Shown here in pieces: positions 12,505 through 24,100 of a DNA stretch of 64,000 bases. Made by a program: the position numbers and the translations under genes. This stretch comes from Squalus acanthias. Its lineage: Eukaryota. Under the pieces are notes generated by a model. The model had not been told where the DNA came from, did no database searches, and saw only the letters and a program-made list of their open reading frames with translations. How positions within the stretch are numbered: the stretch's first letter is position 1; each line of letters opens with the position of its first letter. The stretch spans positions 3,598,001 through 3,662,000 of the forward strand of contig JASTWF010000033.1 of assembly GCA_030390025.1 (NCBI GenBank), in the 5' to 3' direction.

Positions 12505-13898
12505 ATGGAACTGTCTGGGTCTGTGAAATGAGCTGCCTTGTTCGATGAAATGAGCTGTCTGTCTCTTTGAATGGAGCTGTCGGAGACTGTAAATAGAGCT
12601 GTCTGGGTCTCTTAATGGAGCTGTCTGTGTCTGTGAATTGAGCAGTCGGAGTCTGTAAATGGAGCTTTCTGGGTCTGTAAATGGAGCTTTCTGGGTCTCT
12701 GAATGAGCTGTCTTTGACTGTGAATGGAGCTGTCTGTGTCTGTGAATGGAGCTGTCTGGATCTGTGAATGGAGCTGTCTGAGTCTGTGAATGGTGCTGTT
12801 TGGGTCTGTGAATGGAGCTATCTGTGTCGGTGAATGAGCTGTCTGGGTCTGTGAATGGAGCTGTCTGACGTTGTTAATGGAGCTGTCTGGGTCTGTGACT
12901 TGAGCTTTCCGAGTCTTATGAAGTCAGCCGTCTGGATCTTTGAATGGAGCTGTCTGAGTGTCTGAAATGAGCTTTCTGAGTCTCTGAATGGAGATGTCTG
13001 GGTCTGTCAAATGAATTGTCTGAATCTGTTCGTGAAATGAACTGTCTGTTTTTTTCAAATCAGCTTTCCATGTCTGTAAATGGAGCTTTCTTGGTTTTTG
13101 AATGGAGTTGTCTGGGTCTGTGAATGAAGCTGTCTGAGTCTGTGAATGGTGCTGTTTGGGTCTGTGAATGGAGCTATCTGTGTCTGTTAATGAGCTGTCT
13201 GGATCTGTGAATGGAGCTTTCTGAGTCTGAGAATGATGCTGTTTGAGTCTGTGAATGGAGCTATCTGTGTCGGTGAATGGAGCTGTCTGGGTCTGTGAAT
13301 GGAGCTGTCTGTGTCTGTGAATGGAGCTGTCTGAGTCTGTAAATGGAGCTGTCTGGATCTGCGAATGGAACTGTCTGTGTCTGTGAATGAGCTGTCTGGG
13401 TCTGTGAAATGTGCTGTCTGGGTCTGAAAATGGAGTTGCTGGGTCTGTGAATAGAGCTGTCTGACTTTGTTAATGGAGCTGTCTGGGTCTGTGACCTGAG
13501 CTTTCAGAGTCTTTGAAGTCAGCCGTCTGGATCTTTGAATGGAGCTGTGTGAGTGTCTGAAATGAACTTTCTGTGTCTCTGAATGGAGATGTCTGGGTCT
13601 ATCAAATGAATTGTCTGAATCTGTCCGTGAAATGAGCTGTCTGTTTTTTTTCAAATCAGCTTTCCATGTCTGTAACTGGAGCTATCTGGGTTTGTGAATG
13701 GAGTTGTCTGGGTCTGTGAATGGAGCTGTCTGAGTCTGTGAATGGATCTGTCTGGGTCTGTGAATGGAGCTGTCTGGATCTGTGAAATGAACTTTCGGAG
13801 TCTGTGAATGGAGCTGTCTGGGTCTGTGAATGGAACTGTCTGTGCCTGTGAATGGTTACATCTAGGTCTCTGAAATGATCTTTCTGAGTCTGTGAATG

Positions 13899-13995
13899 AA
13901 TCTAACAACAGAAAACGCTGGAAAACTCTGCAGGCCAGGCACAATCCGTGAAGAGAGAAACAGAGTTAACGTTTCAGGTCGATGACCTATCGTCA
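13899..13995 (-). mobile_element. Penelope-like fragment, copy 11
   Basis: Same insert and junctions. Confidence 0.7.
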
Positions 13996-15629
13996 ATGGA
14001 GCTCTCTGGGTCTGTGAAATGAGCTGTCTTGGTCGAAGAAATGAGCTGTCTGTCTCTTTGAATGGAGCAGTCTGTGTCTGTGAATTGAGCTGTCTGGGTC
14101 TGTGAATGAGCTGTCTTTGACTGTGAATGGAGCTGTCCGAGTCTTTAAATGGAGCTGTCTGGGTCTGTGAATGGAGCGGTCTGTGTCTGTGAATGGAGCT
14201 GTTTGGGTCTGTGAATGGAGCTGTCTGAGTCTGAGAATGGTGCTGTTCGGGTCTGTGAATGGAGTTATCTGTGTCGGTGAATGGAGCTGTCTGGGTCTGT
14301 GAATGGAGCTGCCTGGGTCTGTGAATGGAGCTGTCTTAGTCTGTAAATGGAGCTGTCTGGATCTGTGAATGGAACTGCCTGTGTCTGTGAATGAGCTGTC
14401 TGGGTCTGTGAAATGTGGTGTCTGTGTCTGAAAATGGAGTTGTCTGGGTCTGTGAATGAGCTGTCTTGGTCTGTGACTGGAGCTGTCTGAGTCTGTGAAT
14501 GGAGTTGTCTGGGTCTGTGAATGGAGCTGTCCGAGTCTTTAAATGGAGCTGTCTGGGTCTGTGAATGGAGCGGTCTGTGTCTGTGAATGGAGCTGTTTGG
14601 TTCTGTGAGTGGAGCTGTCTGGTTCTGTGAATGTAGCTGTCTGGATCTGTGAATGAAGCTGTCTGAGCCTGTGAATGGAGCTGTCTGACGTTGTTCATGG
14701 AGCTGTCTGGGTCTGTGACTTGAGCTTTCAGTGTCTTTGAAGTCAGCCGTCTGGATCTTTGAATGGAGCTGTCTGAGTGTCTGAAATGAGTTTTCTGAGT
14801 CTCTGAATGGAGATGTCTGGGTCTGTCAAATGAATTGTCTGAATCTGTTCGTGAAATGAGCTGTCTGTATTTTTCAAATCAGCTTTCCATGTCTGTAAAT
14901 GGAGCTGTCTGGGTTTTAGAAAGGAGTTGTCTGGGTCTGTGAATGGAGCTGTCTGAGTCTGTGAATGGTGCTGTTTGGGTCTGTGAATGGAGCTATCTGT
15001 GTCTGTGAATGAGCTGTCTCACTCTGTGAATGGAGCTGTCTGAGTCTGAGAATGGTGCTGTTTGGGTCTGTGAATGGAACTGCCTGTGCCTGTGAATGAG
15101 CTGTCTGGGTCTGTGAAATGTGGTGTCTGTGTCTGAAAATGGAGTTGTCTGGGTCTGTGAATAGAGCTGTCTGACGTTGTTAATGGAGCTGTCTGGGTCT
15201 GTGACCTGAGCTTTCAGAGTCTTTGAAGTCAGCCGTCTGGATCTTTGAATGGAGCTGTCTGAGTGTCTGAAATGAGCTTTCTGTGTCTCTGAATGGAGAT
15301 GTCTGGGTCTATCAAATGAATTGTCTGAATCTGTCCGTGAAATGAGCTGACTGTTTTTTTCAAATCAGCTTTCCATGTCTGTAACTGGAGCTGTCTGGGT
15401 TTGTGAATGGAGTTGTCTGGGTCTGTGAATGGAGCTGTCTGAGTCTGTGAATGGATCTGTCTGGGTCTGTGAATGGAGCTGTCTGGATCTGTGAAATGAA
15501 CTTTCGGAGTCTGTGAATGGAGCTGTCTGGGTCTGTGAATGGAACTGTCTGTGCCTGTGAATGGTTTTATCTAGGTGTCTGAAATGAACTTTCTGAGTCT
15601 GTGAATGGAGCTGTCTGAATCTGTGAATG

Positions 15630-15726
15630 AATCTAACAACAGAAAACGCTGGAAAACTCTGCAGGCCAGGCACAATCCGTGGACAGAGAAACAGAGTTAA
15701 CGTTTCAGGTCGAAGACCTATCGTCA
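15630..15726 (-). mobile_element. Penelope-like fragment, copy 12
   Basis: Same insert and junctions. Confidence 0.7.
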
Positions 15727-17899
15727 ATTGAGCTGTCTGGGTCTGTGAAATGAGCTGTCTTGGTCGATGAAATGAGCTGTCTGTCTCTTTGAATGGAGCT
15801 GTCGGAATCTGTAAATGGAGCTGTCTGGGTCTCTTAATGATGCTGTCTGTGTCTGTGAATTGAGCTGTCAGAGTCTGTAAATGGAGCTGTCTGGGTCTTT
15901 AAATGGAGCTGTCTGGGTCTCTGAATGAGCTGTCTTTGTCTGTGAATGGGGCTGTCTGTGTCTGTGAATGCAGCTGTCTGGGTCTGTGAATGAGCTGTCT
16001 TGGTCTGTGAATGGAGCTGTCTGAGTCCGTGAATGGAGTTGTCTGGGTCTGTGAATGGAGCTGTCTGGATCTGAGAAATAAACTTTCGGAGTCTGTGAAT
16101 GGAGCTGTCTGAGTCTCTGAATGGAACTGTCTGTGTTTGTGAATGGAGCTGTCTGGATCTGTGAATGGAGCTGTCTGGGTCTGTGAATGGAGCTGTCTGG
16201 ATCTGTGAAATAAACTTTCGGAGTCTGTGAATGGAGCTGTCTGAGTCTCTGAATGGAGCTGTCTGGGTCTGTGAATGGAACTGTCTGGGTCTCTGAATGT
16301 AACGGTCTGTGTCTGTGAATGGTGATGTCTGGGTCTGTGAATGGAACTGTCTGAGTCTGTGAATGGAGCTCTCTGGGTCAGTGAAATATGCTTTCTGCGT
16401 CTGTGAATGAGCTGTCTGGGTCTGTGAATAGAGCTGTCAGAGTCTGTGAATGGTGCTGTCTGAGTCTGTTACTGGAGCTGTCTTGGTCGATGAAATGAGC
16501 TGTCTGTGTCCTTGAATGGAGCTGTCTGGATCTGTGGAATTTGCTGTCTGGGTCTGCGAAATCAGCTGTCTGGTCTGTGAAGAAAGCTGTCTGAGTCTGT
16601 GAATGGAGCTGTCTGTGTCTGTGAATTGAGCTGCCAGAGTCTGTAAATGGAGCTGTCTGGGTCTGTGAATGGAGCTGTCTGTTTCTGTGAATGGAGCTGA
16701 ATATGTCTGTGAATTGAGCTGTCAGAGTCTGTAAATGGAGCTGTCTGGGTCTGTAAATGGAGCTGTCTCGGTCTGTAAATGGAGCTGTCTGGGTCTGTAA
16801 ATGGAACTGTTTGGGTCTGGGAATGGAGCTGTTTGGGTCTGTAAATGGAGCTGTCTGGGTCTGTAAATGGAGCTGTCTGGGTCTGTGAATGGAGCTGTCT
16901 GTGTCTGTGAATGGAGCAATCTGAGTCTGTGAATGGAGCTGTTTGGGTCTGTGAATGTAGCTATCTGTGTCTGTGAATGGGCTGTCTGGGTCTTTGAATG
17001 GAGCTGTCTGGGTCAGTGAATGGAGCTGTCTGGGTCTGTGAATGGAGCTTTCTGGGTCTGTGAATGGAGCTGTCTGGGTCTGTGAATGGAGCTGTTTGGG
17101 TCTGTAAATGGAGCTGTCTGGGTCTGTAAATGGAGCTGTCTGGGTCTGTGAATGGAGCTGTCTGTGTCTGTGAATGGAGCAATCTGAGTCTGTGAATGGA
17201 GCTGTTTGGGTCTGTGAATGGAGCTATCTGTGTCTGTGAATGGGCTGTCTGGGTCTGTGAATGGAGCTGTCTGGGTCAGTGAATGGAGCTGTCTGGGTCT
17301 GTGAATGGAGCTTTCTGGGTCTGTGAATGGAGCTGTCTGGGTCTGTGAATGGAGCTGAATATGTCTGTGAATTGAGCTGTCAGAGTCTGTAAATGGAGCT
17401 GTCTGGGTCTGTAAATGGAGCTGTCTCGGTCTGTAAATGGAGCTGTCTGGGTCTGTAAATGGAACTGTTTGGGTCTGGGAATGGAGCTGTTTGGGTCTGT
17501 AAATGGAGCTGTGTGTGTCTGTAAATGGAGCTGTCTGGGTCTGTGAATGGAGCTGTCTGTGTCTGTGAATGGAGCTTTGGGAGTCTGGTAAATGCGTTGT
17601 CTAGGTCTGTGAATGGAGATGTCTGGGTCTGTGCATTGAGCTGTCTGAGTCTGTGAATGGAGCTGTCTCGGTCTGTGAATGGAGATGTCTGTCTCTGTGA
17701 ATTGAGCTGTCTGAATCTGTGAAATGCGTTGTCTGGGTCTGTCAATGGAGCTGTCTTGGTCTGTGAAATGAGTGGTCTGGGTCTGTGAAGGGAAATGTCT
17801 GGGTATGTGAAATGAACTTCCTGTGTTTGTGAAATGAGCTGTCTTGGTTTTTGAAATCAGCTTTCCATGTCTGTGAATGGAGCTGTTTGGGTCTGTGAA

Positions 17900-18064
17900 A
17901 TCACATAATCACAGAACCCCCTAATGCAGATAGAGGCCATTTCGGCCCATCGAGCCTGCACATACACATATCCCACCCTATCCCCGTAACCACAATATTT
18001 AATCCCCCAAACACTAAGGGTCAATTTATCATAGCCAAATCAACCTAACCCGCACATCTTTGGA
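17900..18064 (-). mobile_element. 5'-truncated HE1/V-SINE-like SINE with CR1-type 3' tail
   Basis: Minus strand has the V-domain-like GTCCAAAGATGTGCGGGTTAGGTTGATTTGGCTATGATAAATTGACCCTTAGTGT and a CR1-like tail GCAGGCTCGATGGGCCGAAATGGCCTC...TTCTGTGATTATGTGA. Flanked by the 17-bp direct repeat CTGTTTGGGTCTGTGAA (17883-17899, 18065-18081). Confidence 0.8.
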
Positions 18065-19053
18065 CTGTTTGGGTCTGTGAATGGAGCTGTCTGGATCTGT
18101 GAATGGAGCTGTCTAGCTCTGTGAAGTGAGCTGTCTGGGTCTGTGAATGGAGCTGTCTGGGACAGTCAAATGAGCTTTCTGAGTCTGTGAAACTATCTGT
18201 CTTGGTCTGTGAATGGTGATGTCTGGGTCTGTGAAATGATCTCTCTGGGTCTGTGAATAGAACTGCCTGGGTCTTTCAATGGAGCTGTCTGGGTCTGTGA
18301 ATGGAACTGTCTGGGTCTGTGAATGGAGCTGTCTGTGTCTGTGAAATGAGCTGTCTGGGACTGTGAATGGATCTCTCTGGGTCTGTGAATGGAGCTGTTT
18401 GAGTCTGTGAATGGAGCTGCCTGGATCTGTGAATGGCGCTGCCTGTGTCTGTGAATGAAGCTCTCTGGGACTGTGAATGGAGCTCTCTGGGTCTGTGAAA
18501 GGAGCTGTCTGAGTCTGTGAATGGAGATGTCTGAGTCGGTAATTGAAGCTGCCTGGGTCTGTGAATGGAGCTATCTGTGTCTGTGAATGGAGATGTCTGA
18601 GTCTGTGAATGGAGCTGTCTGGGTCTGTGAATGGAGCTGTCTGTGTCTGTGAATGGAGCAGTCTGGGTCTGTGAATGGAACTGTTTGTGTCTGTGAATGG
18701 AGCTAGCTGGGCCTGTGAATGTCGCTGTCTGTGTCTGTGAATGGAGCTTTCTGAGTCTGTGAAATGAATTATCTGGGTCTGTGAATGGATCTGTCTGGGT
18801 CTGTGAATGGAGCTGTCGGAATATCTGGAATGAGTTGTCTTTCTCTGTGAATGGAGATGTCTAGGTCTGTGAAATGAACTCTCTGGGTTTGTGAAATGAG
18901 CTTTCTGAGTCTGTGAATGGAGCTGTCTGAGTCTGTGAATGCAGCTGTCTGGATCTGTGAATGGAGATGTCAGGGTCTGTGAATGGAGCTGTCTATGTCT
19001 CTGAAATGAACTTTCTGAGTTTGTGAAATGAGTTGTCTGTGTTTTTGAAATGA

Positions 19054-19851
19054 GCATTTTGGGAAGATTAACATGGGAAGGGAATACACAATGAATGGTA
19101 GGACCCTAGGAAGGAGGGAGGTTCAGAGGGACCTTGGTGTGCATGTACACAGATCCCTGAAGGCAGCAGGAGAGGTAGATAAGGTGGTTAAAAAGGCATA
19201 TGGGATACTTGCCTTCATTCGCCGAGGCATAGACTTTAAGTGCAGGGTGTTTACGACGAAGCTGTACAAAATGCTAGTTAGGCCACAGCTGGAATACTGT
19301 GTGCAGTTCTGGTCGCCACACTATAGGAAGGATGTGATTGCATTTGAAAGGGTGCAGAGGAGATTCACCAGGATGTTACCTGGGCTGGAGCGCTTCAGCT
19401 ATGAAGCGAATCTGGACAGGCTGGGGTTGTTTTCCTTAGAGCAGAGAAGGCTGAGGGGGGAACCTGATTGAGGTGTACAAAATTATGAGGGACATTGATA
19501 CGGTAGATAGAAAATAACTTTTCCCCTTAGTAGAGGGGTCAATAACCAGGGGGCATAGTTTCAAGGTAAGGGGCAGGAGGTTCAGAGGGGATTTGAGGAA
19601 AAACTTTTTCACCCAGAGGGTGGTTGGAATCTGGAACTCACTGCATGAAAGGGAGGTAGAGGCAGGAACCCTCACAACATTCAAGAAGCATTTAGATGAG
19701 CACTTGAAATGCCATAGCATACAAGGCTACGGACCAAGTGCTGGAAAATGGGATTATAATAGATGGAGCTTCATGGCCAGCGCGGACACGATGGGCCAAA
19801 GGGCCTCTTTCTGTGCTGTATAAATCTATGACTCTGTGACTATGACTATGA
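19054..19851 (+). mobile_element. 5'-truncated CR1 LINE, 3' end of ORF2 plus 3' UTR; disabled
   Basis: Translation RDLGVHVH...LVRPQLEYCVQFWSPHYRKD...NFFTQRVVGIWNSL is typical of the CR1 ORF2 C-terminus. Frameshift near 19460 and stop near 19516. Tail of (CTATGA)-type repeats. Confidence 0.93.
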
Positions 19852-21190
19852 CCTTCTCCCCAGGAATATTTGGTACCCAATCCTTTCCTTTTTTGAGCAT
19901 GTCTCCATTATCATCATGACAACATATTGCCATGTGGCCTGCAGCTCACCAACCTTATTAACCACACTTCATGCATTTACCCACATGCACTATAAACCTG
20001 TCTTGTATTCTCTTAGTCTGACCCCACATAGGACCTTATTATTTCTTACTCTTGTTCTATCCGTCTCTGCCAATCCTTTGTGCACCTTGATTCTCCTTTC
20101 TAATGCTACAGTCTGGAGCCCACCCACTGCCAAATTAGTTTAAAACCTCCCCAACACTACGAGCATCCCACCCCCCTCCCCGTCGAGGCCATTGGTTTCG
20201 GCCCTGTTGAGGTGCAAACTTACCGACCTGTACAGGCCCCACCTCCCCGAGAACCGGTCCCAATGTCCCAGGAATCTAAAGCACTCCCTAATGCACCATC
20301 TCTCCAGCCTCTCATTCATCTGCTCTATCCTCCTATTTCTATACTCACCAGCACAGGCACCGGGAGTAATCCGAACATAACTACCTTTGAGGTCCTGATT
20401 TTAATCTCTTTCCCAGCTCCCTAAAATCTGCCTGCAGGTCGTCATCCCTCTTTATACATATGTCATTGGTACCGATATGGACCACGACCTCTGGCTGTTC
20501 AACCACCCCCCTCAGAATGTTCTTCAGTCCTTGACCCTGGCACCAGGGAGGAAACATACCATCCTGGAGTCACGTCTGCGGCCGCAGAAACGATTGTCTA
20601 TTCCCCTAACTATTGAATCCTCGAACACTATTGCTTTCCTGATTTTTCTCCTACCACCCCCACCCCCCACTGTAGAGCTGATCCACCCGTGGTGCTCTGG
20701 ACTTGGCTCTGGAAATACTCGCCAGAGGAACCAACTCACTCTCCAGTATGTACCACTGAATACCGGTTAGAGAGTGAGATGCACTCAGGAGACTCCTGCA
20801 CTACCTGCCTGGTCCACCTTGTCTGTCTGGCGGTCACCCATTCCCTCTCTGCCTGCACACTCTTAGGTTGCGGGGTGACCATCTCCTGAAACGTGCTATC
20901 CAAGTAGCTCTCAGCCTCACGGATGCACCGCAGTGACGCCAGTTGCTGCTCAAGCTCCTAAACCCGGAGTTCGAGCTCCTCCAGCTGACGACACTTCCTG
21001 CATATGTGGTTGTCCAGGACACGGGAAGTGTACTGGAGTTCCCACATGGCACAAGATGTGTATTAAACGGGAATGAGGTGCCCTGCCATGCCTTTATTGA
21101 ATAGACCAATACTAACTTAAAAGAAATAAACACAAGACTTTTAAATGTAAATTTAAAATTTGCATTGTTAAACTGTTCAAATAATGTGTA
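19852..21190 (-). mobile_element. CR1 LINE 5' portion: 5' UTR, decayed ORF1 and start of ORF2 endonuclease
   Basis: ORF1 remnants at 20135-21089; below ~19995 a decayed APE N-terminus (VNA.SVVNKVGELQA...MET...DWV.NIPG). The 5' boundary is approximate. Confidence 0.88.
20135..21089 (-). pseudogene. CR1 ORF1 pseudogene (zinc-finger/leucine-zipper N-terminus plus SGNH esterase domain)
   Basis: ATG at 21089: MAGHLIPV*YTSCAMWE...NHICRKCRQLEELELRV*ELEQQLASLRCIREAESYLD; later AIVFEDSIVRGIDNRFCGRRRDSRMVCFLPGARVKD (degenerate GDS motif); ends LN* at 20135. In-frame stops are present. Confidence 0.88.
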
Positions 21191-24100
21191 CAATGAGTTG
21201 TTGTTAGCCTGGTAACCACCTCATGGAGTCTGGCAAGTGATATCCCATGCACTGTGACTTTGTGGGAACAGGAGATTACAGGACTTTGGACCAGAAAGGT
21301 GGTGTGCGGGTCTGTCTAATAGTTAGAGGAACTGTATAAGTCTGAGGAGCTGTATTATTTTGAGGTATTGTATTAGCTTGAGGGGCTGTATTAGTTTGAG
21401 GGGCTGTATTAGTTTGAGGAACTGTATTAGTTTGAGGGTTTGTATTAGTTTGTGGGGCTGTATTAGTTTGAGTGGCTGTATTAGTTTGAGGGTCTATATA
21501 AGTTTGAGGGTCTGTATTAGTTTGAGGAGCGGTATTAGTTTGAGGTACTGTATTAGTTTGAGGGTCTGTATTAGTTTGAGGGGCTGTATTAGTTTGAGGA
21601 GCTGTATTAGTTTGAGGAGCTGTATTAGTTTGAGGGGATGTATTAGTTTGAGGTTCTCTATTAGTCTGAGGGTCTGTATTAGTTTGAGGTTCTCTATTAG
21701 TTTGAGGGTCTGTATTAGTTTGAGGTTCTCTATTAGTTTGAGGGTCAGTATTAGTTTGAGGGGCTGTATTAGTTTGAGGGGCTGTATTAGTTTGAGGGGC
21801 TGTATTAGATTGAGGGTCTGTATTAGTTTGAGTGGCTGTAATAGTTTGAGGGGCTGTATTAGTTTGAGGTACTGTATTAGTTTGAGGGGCTGTAATAGTT
21901 TGAGGGGCTGTATTAGTTTGAGGTACTGTATTAGTTTGAGGGGCTGTATTAGTTTGAGGGGCTGTATTAGTTTGAGGGGCTGTATTAGTTTGAGGGGCTG
22001 TATTAGTTTGAGGTACTGTATTAGTTTGAGGGGCTGTATTAGTTTGAGGGGCTGTATTAGTTTGAGTGGCTGTATTAGTTTGAGGTACTGTATTAGTTTG
22101 AGGGGCTGTATTAGTTTGAGGGTCTGTATTAGTTTGAGGGTCTGTATTAGTTTGAGGGACTGTATTAGTTTGAGGGGCACTATTAGTTTGAGGGGCTGTA
22201 TTAGTTTGAGGGGCTGTATTAGTTTGAGGTACTGTTTAAGTTTGAGGGTCTGTATTAGTTTGAGGGGCTGTATTAGTTTGAGGGTCTGTATTAGTTTGAG
22301 GGGAAGTGTTAGTTTGATGTACTGTATTAGTTTGAGGAGCTGTATTAGTTTGAGGTACTGTATTAGTTTGATGTACTGTATCAGTTTGAGGGTCTGTATT
22401 AGTTTGAGGGTCTGTATTAGGTTGAGGGTCTGTATTAGTTTGAGGTTCTCTATTAATTTGTTAAAATGTTTTAGTTTGAGGGTCTGTATTAGTTTCAGGG
22501 TCTGTATTAGTTTGAGGGGCTGTATTAGTTTGATGGTCTGTATTAGTTTGAGGTGCTGTATTATTTTGAGGGTCTGTATTAGTTTGAGGGGCTGTATTAG
22601 TTTGATGGTCTGTATTAGTTTGTGGGTCTGTATTAGTTTGATGGACTGTATTAGTTTGAGGGTCTGTTTTAGTTTGTGGGGCTGTATTAGTTTGAGGGTC
22701 TGTATTAGTTTGAGGTACTGTATTAGTTTGAGGAGCTGTATTAGTTTGAGGGGCTCTATTAGTTTGAGGGTCTGTATTAGTTTGAGGGTCTGTATTAGTT
22801 TGAGGGGCTGTATTAGTTTGAGTGTCTGTATTAGTTTGATGGTCTGTATTAGTTTGTGGGTCTGTATTAGTTTGATGGACTGTATTAGTTTGAGGGTCTG
22901 TATTAGTTTGTGGTGCTGTATTGGTTTGAGGGTCTGTATTAGTTTGAGGTACTGTATTAGTTTGATGAGCTGTATTAGTTTGAGGGGCTCTATTAGTTTG
23001 AGGTTCTCTATTAGTCTGAGGGTCTGTATTAGTTTGAGGGGCTGTATTAGTTTGAGGAGCTGTATTAGTTTGAGGAGCTGTATTAGTTAGAGGGGATGTA
23101 TTAGTTTGAGGTTCTCTATTAGTCTTAGGGTCTGTATTAGTTTGAGGTTCTCTATTAGTTTGAGGGTCTGTATTAGTTTGAGGTTCACTATTAGTTTGAG
23201 GGTCAGTATTAGTTTGAGGGGAAATATTAGTTTGAGGAGCTGTATTAGTTTGAGGGGCTGTATTAGTTTGAGGGGCTGTATTAGATTGAGGGTCTGTATT
23301 AGTTTGAGTGGCTGTAATAGTTTGAGGGGCTGTATTAGTTTGAGGGGCTGTATTAGTTTGAGGGGCTGTATTAGTTTGAGGTACCTTATTAGTTTGAGGG
23401 GCTGTAATAGTTTGAGGGGCTGTATTAGTTTGAGGTACTGTATTAGTTTGAGGTACCTTATTAGTTTGAGGGGCTGTAATAGTTTGAGGGGCTGTATTAG
23501 TTTGAGGTACTGTATTAGTTTGAGGGGCTGTATTAGTTTGAGGTACCTTATTAGTTTGAGGGGCTGTAATAGTTTGAGGGGCTGTATTAGTTTGAGGTAC
23601 TGTATTAGTTTGAGGGGCTGTAATAGTTTGAGGGGCTGTATTAGTTTGAGGTACTGTATTAGTTTGAGGAGCTGTATTAGTTTGAGGTACCTTATTAGTT
23701 TGAGGGGCTGTAATAGTTTGAGGGGCTGTATTAGTTTGAGGTACTGTACTAGTTTGAGGGGCTGTATTAGTTTGAGGGGCTGTATTAGTTTGAGGGGCTG
23801 TATTAGTTTGAGGGGCTGTATTAGTTTGAGGTACTGTATTAGTTTGAGGGGCTGTATTAGTTTGAGGGTCTGTATTAGTTTGAGGGTCTGTATTATTTTG
23901 AGGGTCTGTATTAGTTTGAGGGACTGTATTAGTTTGAGGGGCACTATTAGTTTGAGGGGCTGTATTAATTTGAGGGGCTGTATTAGTTTGAGGTACTGTT
24001 TAAGTTTGAGGGTCTGTATTAGTTTGAGGGGCTGTATTAGTTTGAGGTACTGTTTAAGTTTGAGGGTCTGTATTAGTTTGAGGGTCTCTATTAGTTTGAG

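Larger units (their letters stand above)
1..19053. repeat. 22-bp satellite/minisatellite array, consensus GTCTGTGAATGGAGCTGTCTGG, with higher-order blocks; continues beyond window start
   Basis: Directly visible tandem monomer. Minus-strand ORFs repeat a 22-aa unit (PFTDPDSSIHRPRQLHSQTQTA = 3 x 22 nt). Monomers become more divergent from ~17570 to the end. Confidence 0.97.

Noticed and set aside
1708..15726. CRISPR-like layout of a constant insert separated by variable sequence
   Set aside because: The repeat is ~97 bp, the intervening DNA is satellite rather than unique spacers, there are no cas genes and the context is vertebrate.
1163..19057. Minus-strand ORFs with PFTDPDSSIHRPRQLHSQTQTA repeats
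   Set aside because: All three frames give the same peptide because 3 x 22 nt = 22 codons; this is a satellite artefact.
21195..21307. Possible small exon in the unique sequence between CR1 and the 18-bp satellite
   Set aside because: Weak splice signals and no recognisable protein similarity.
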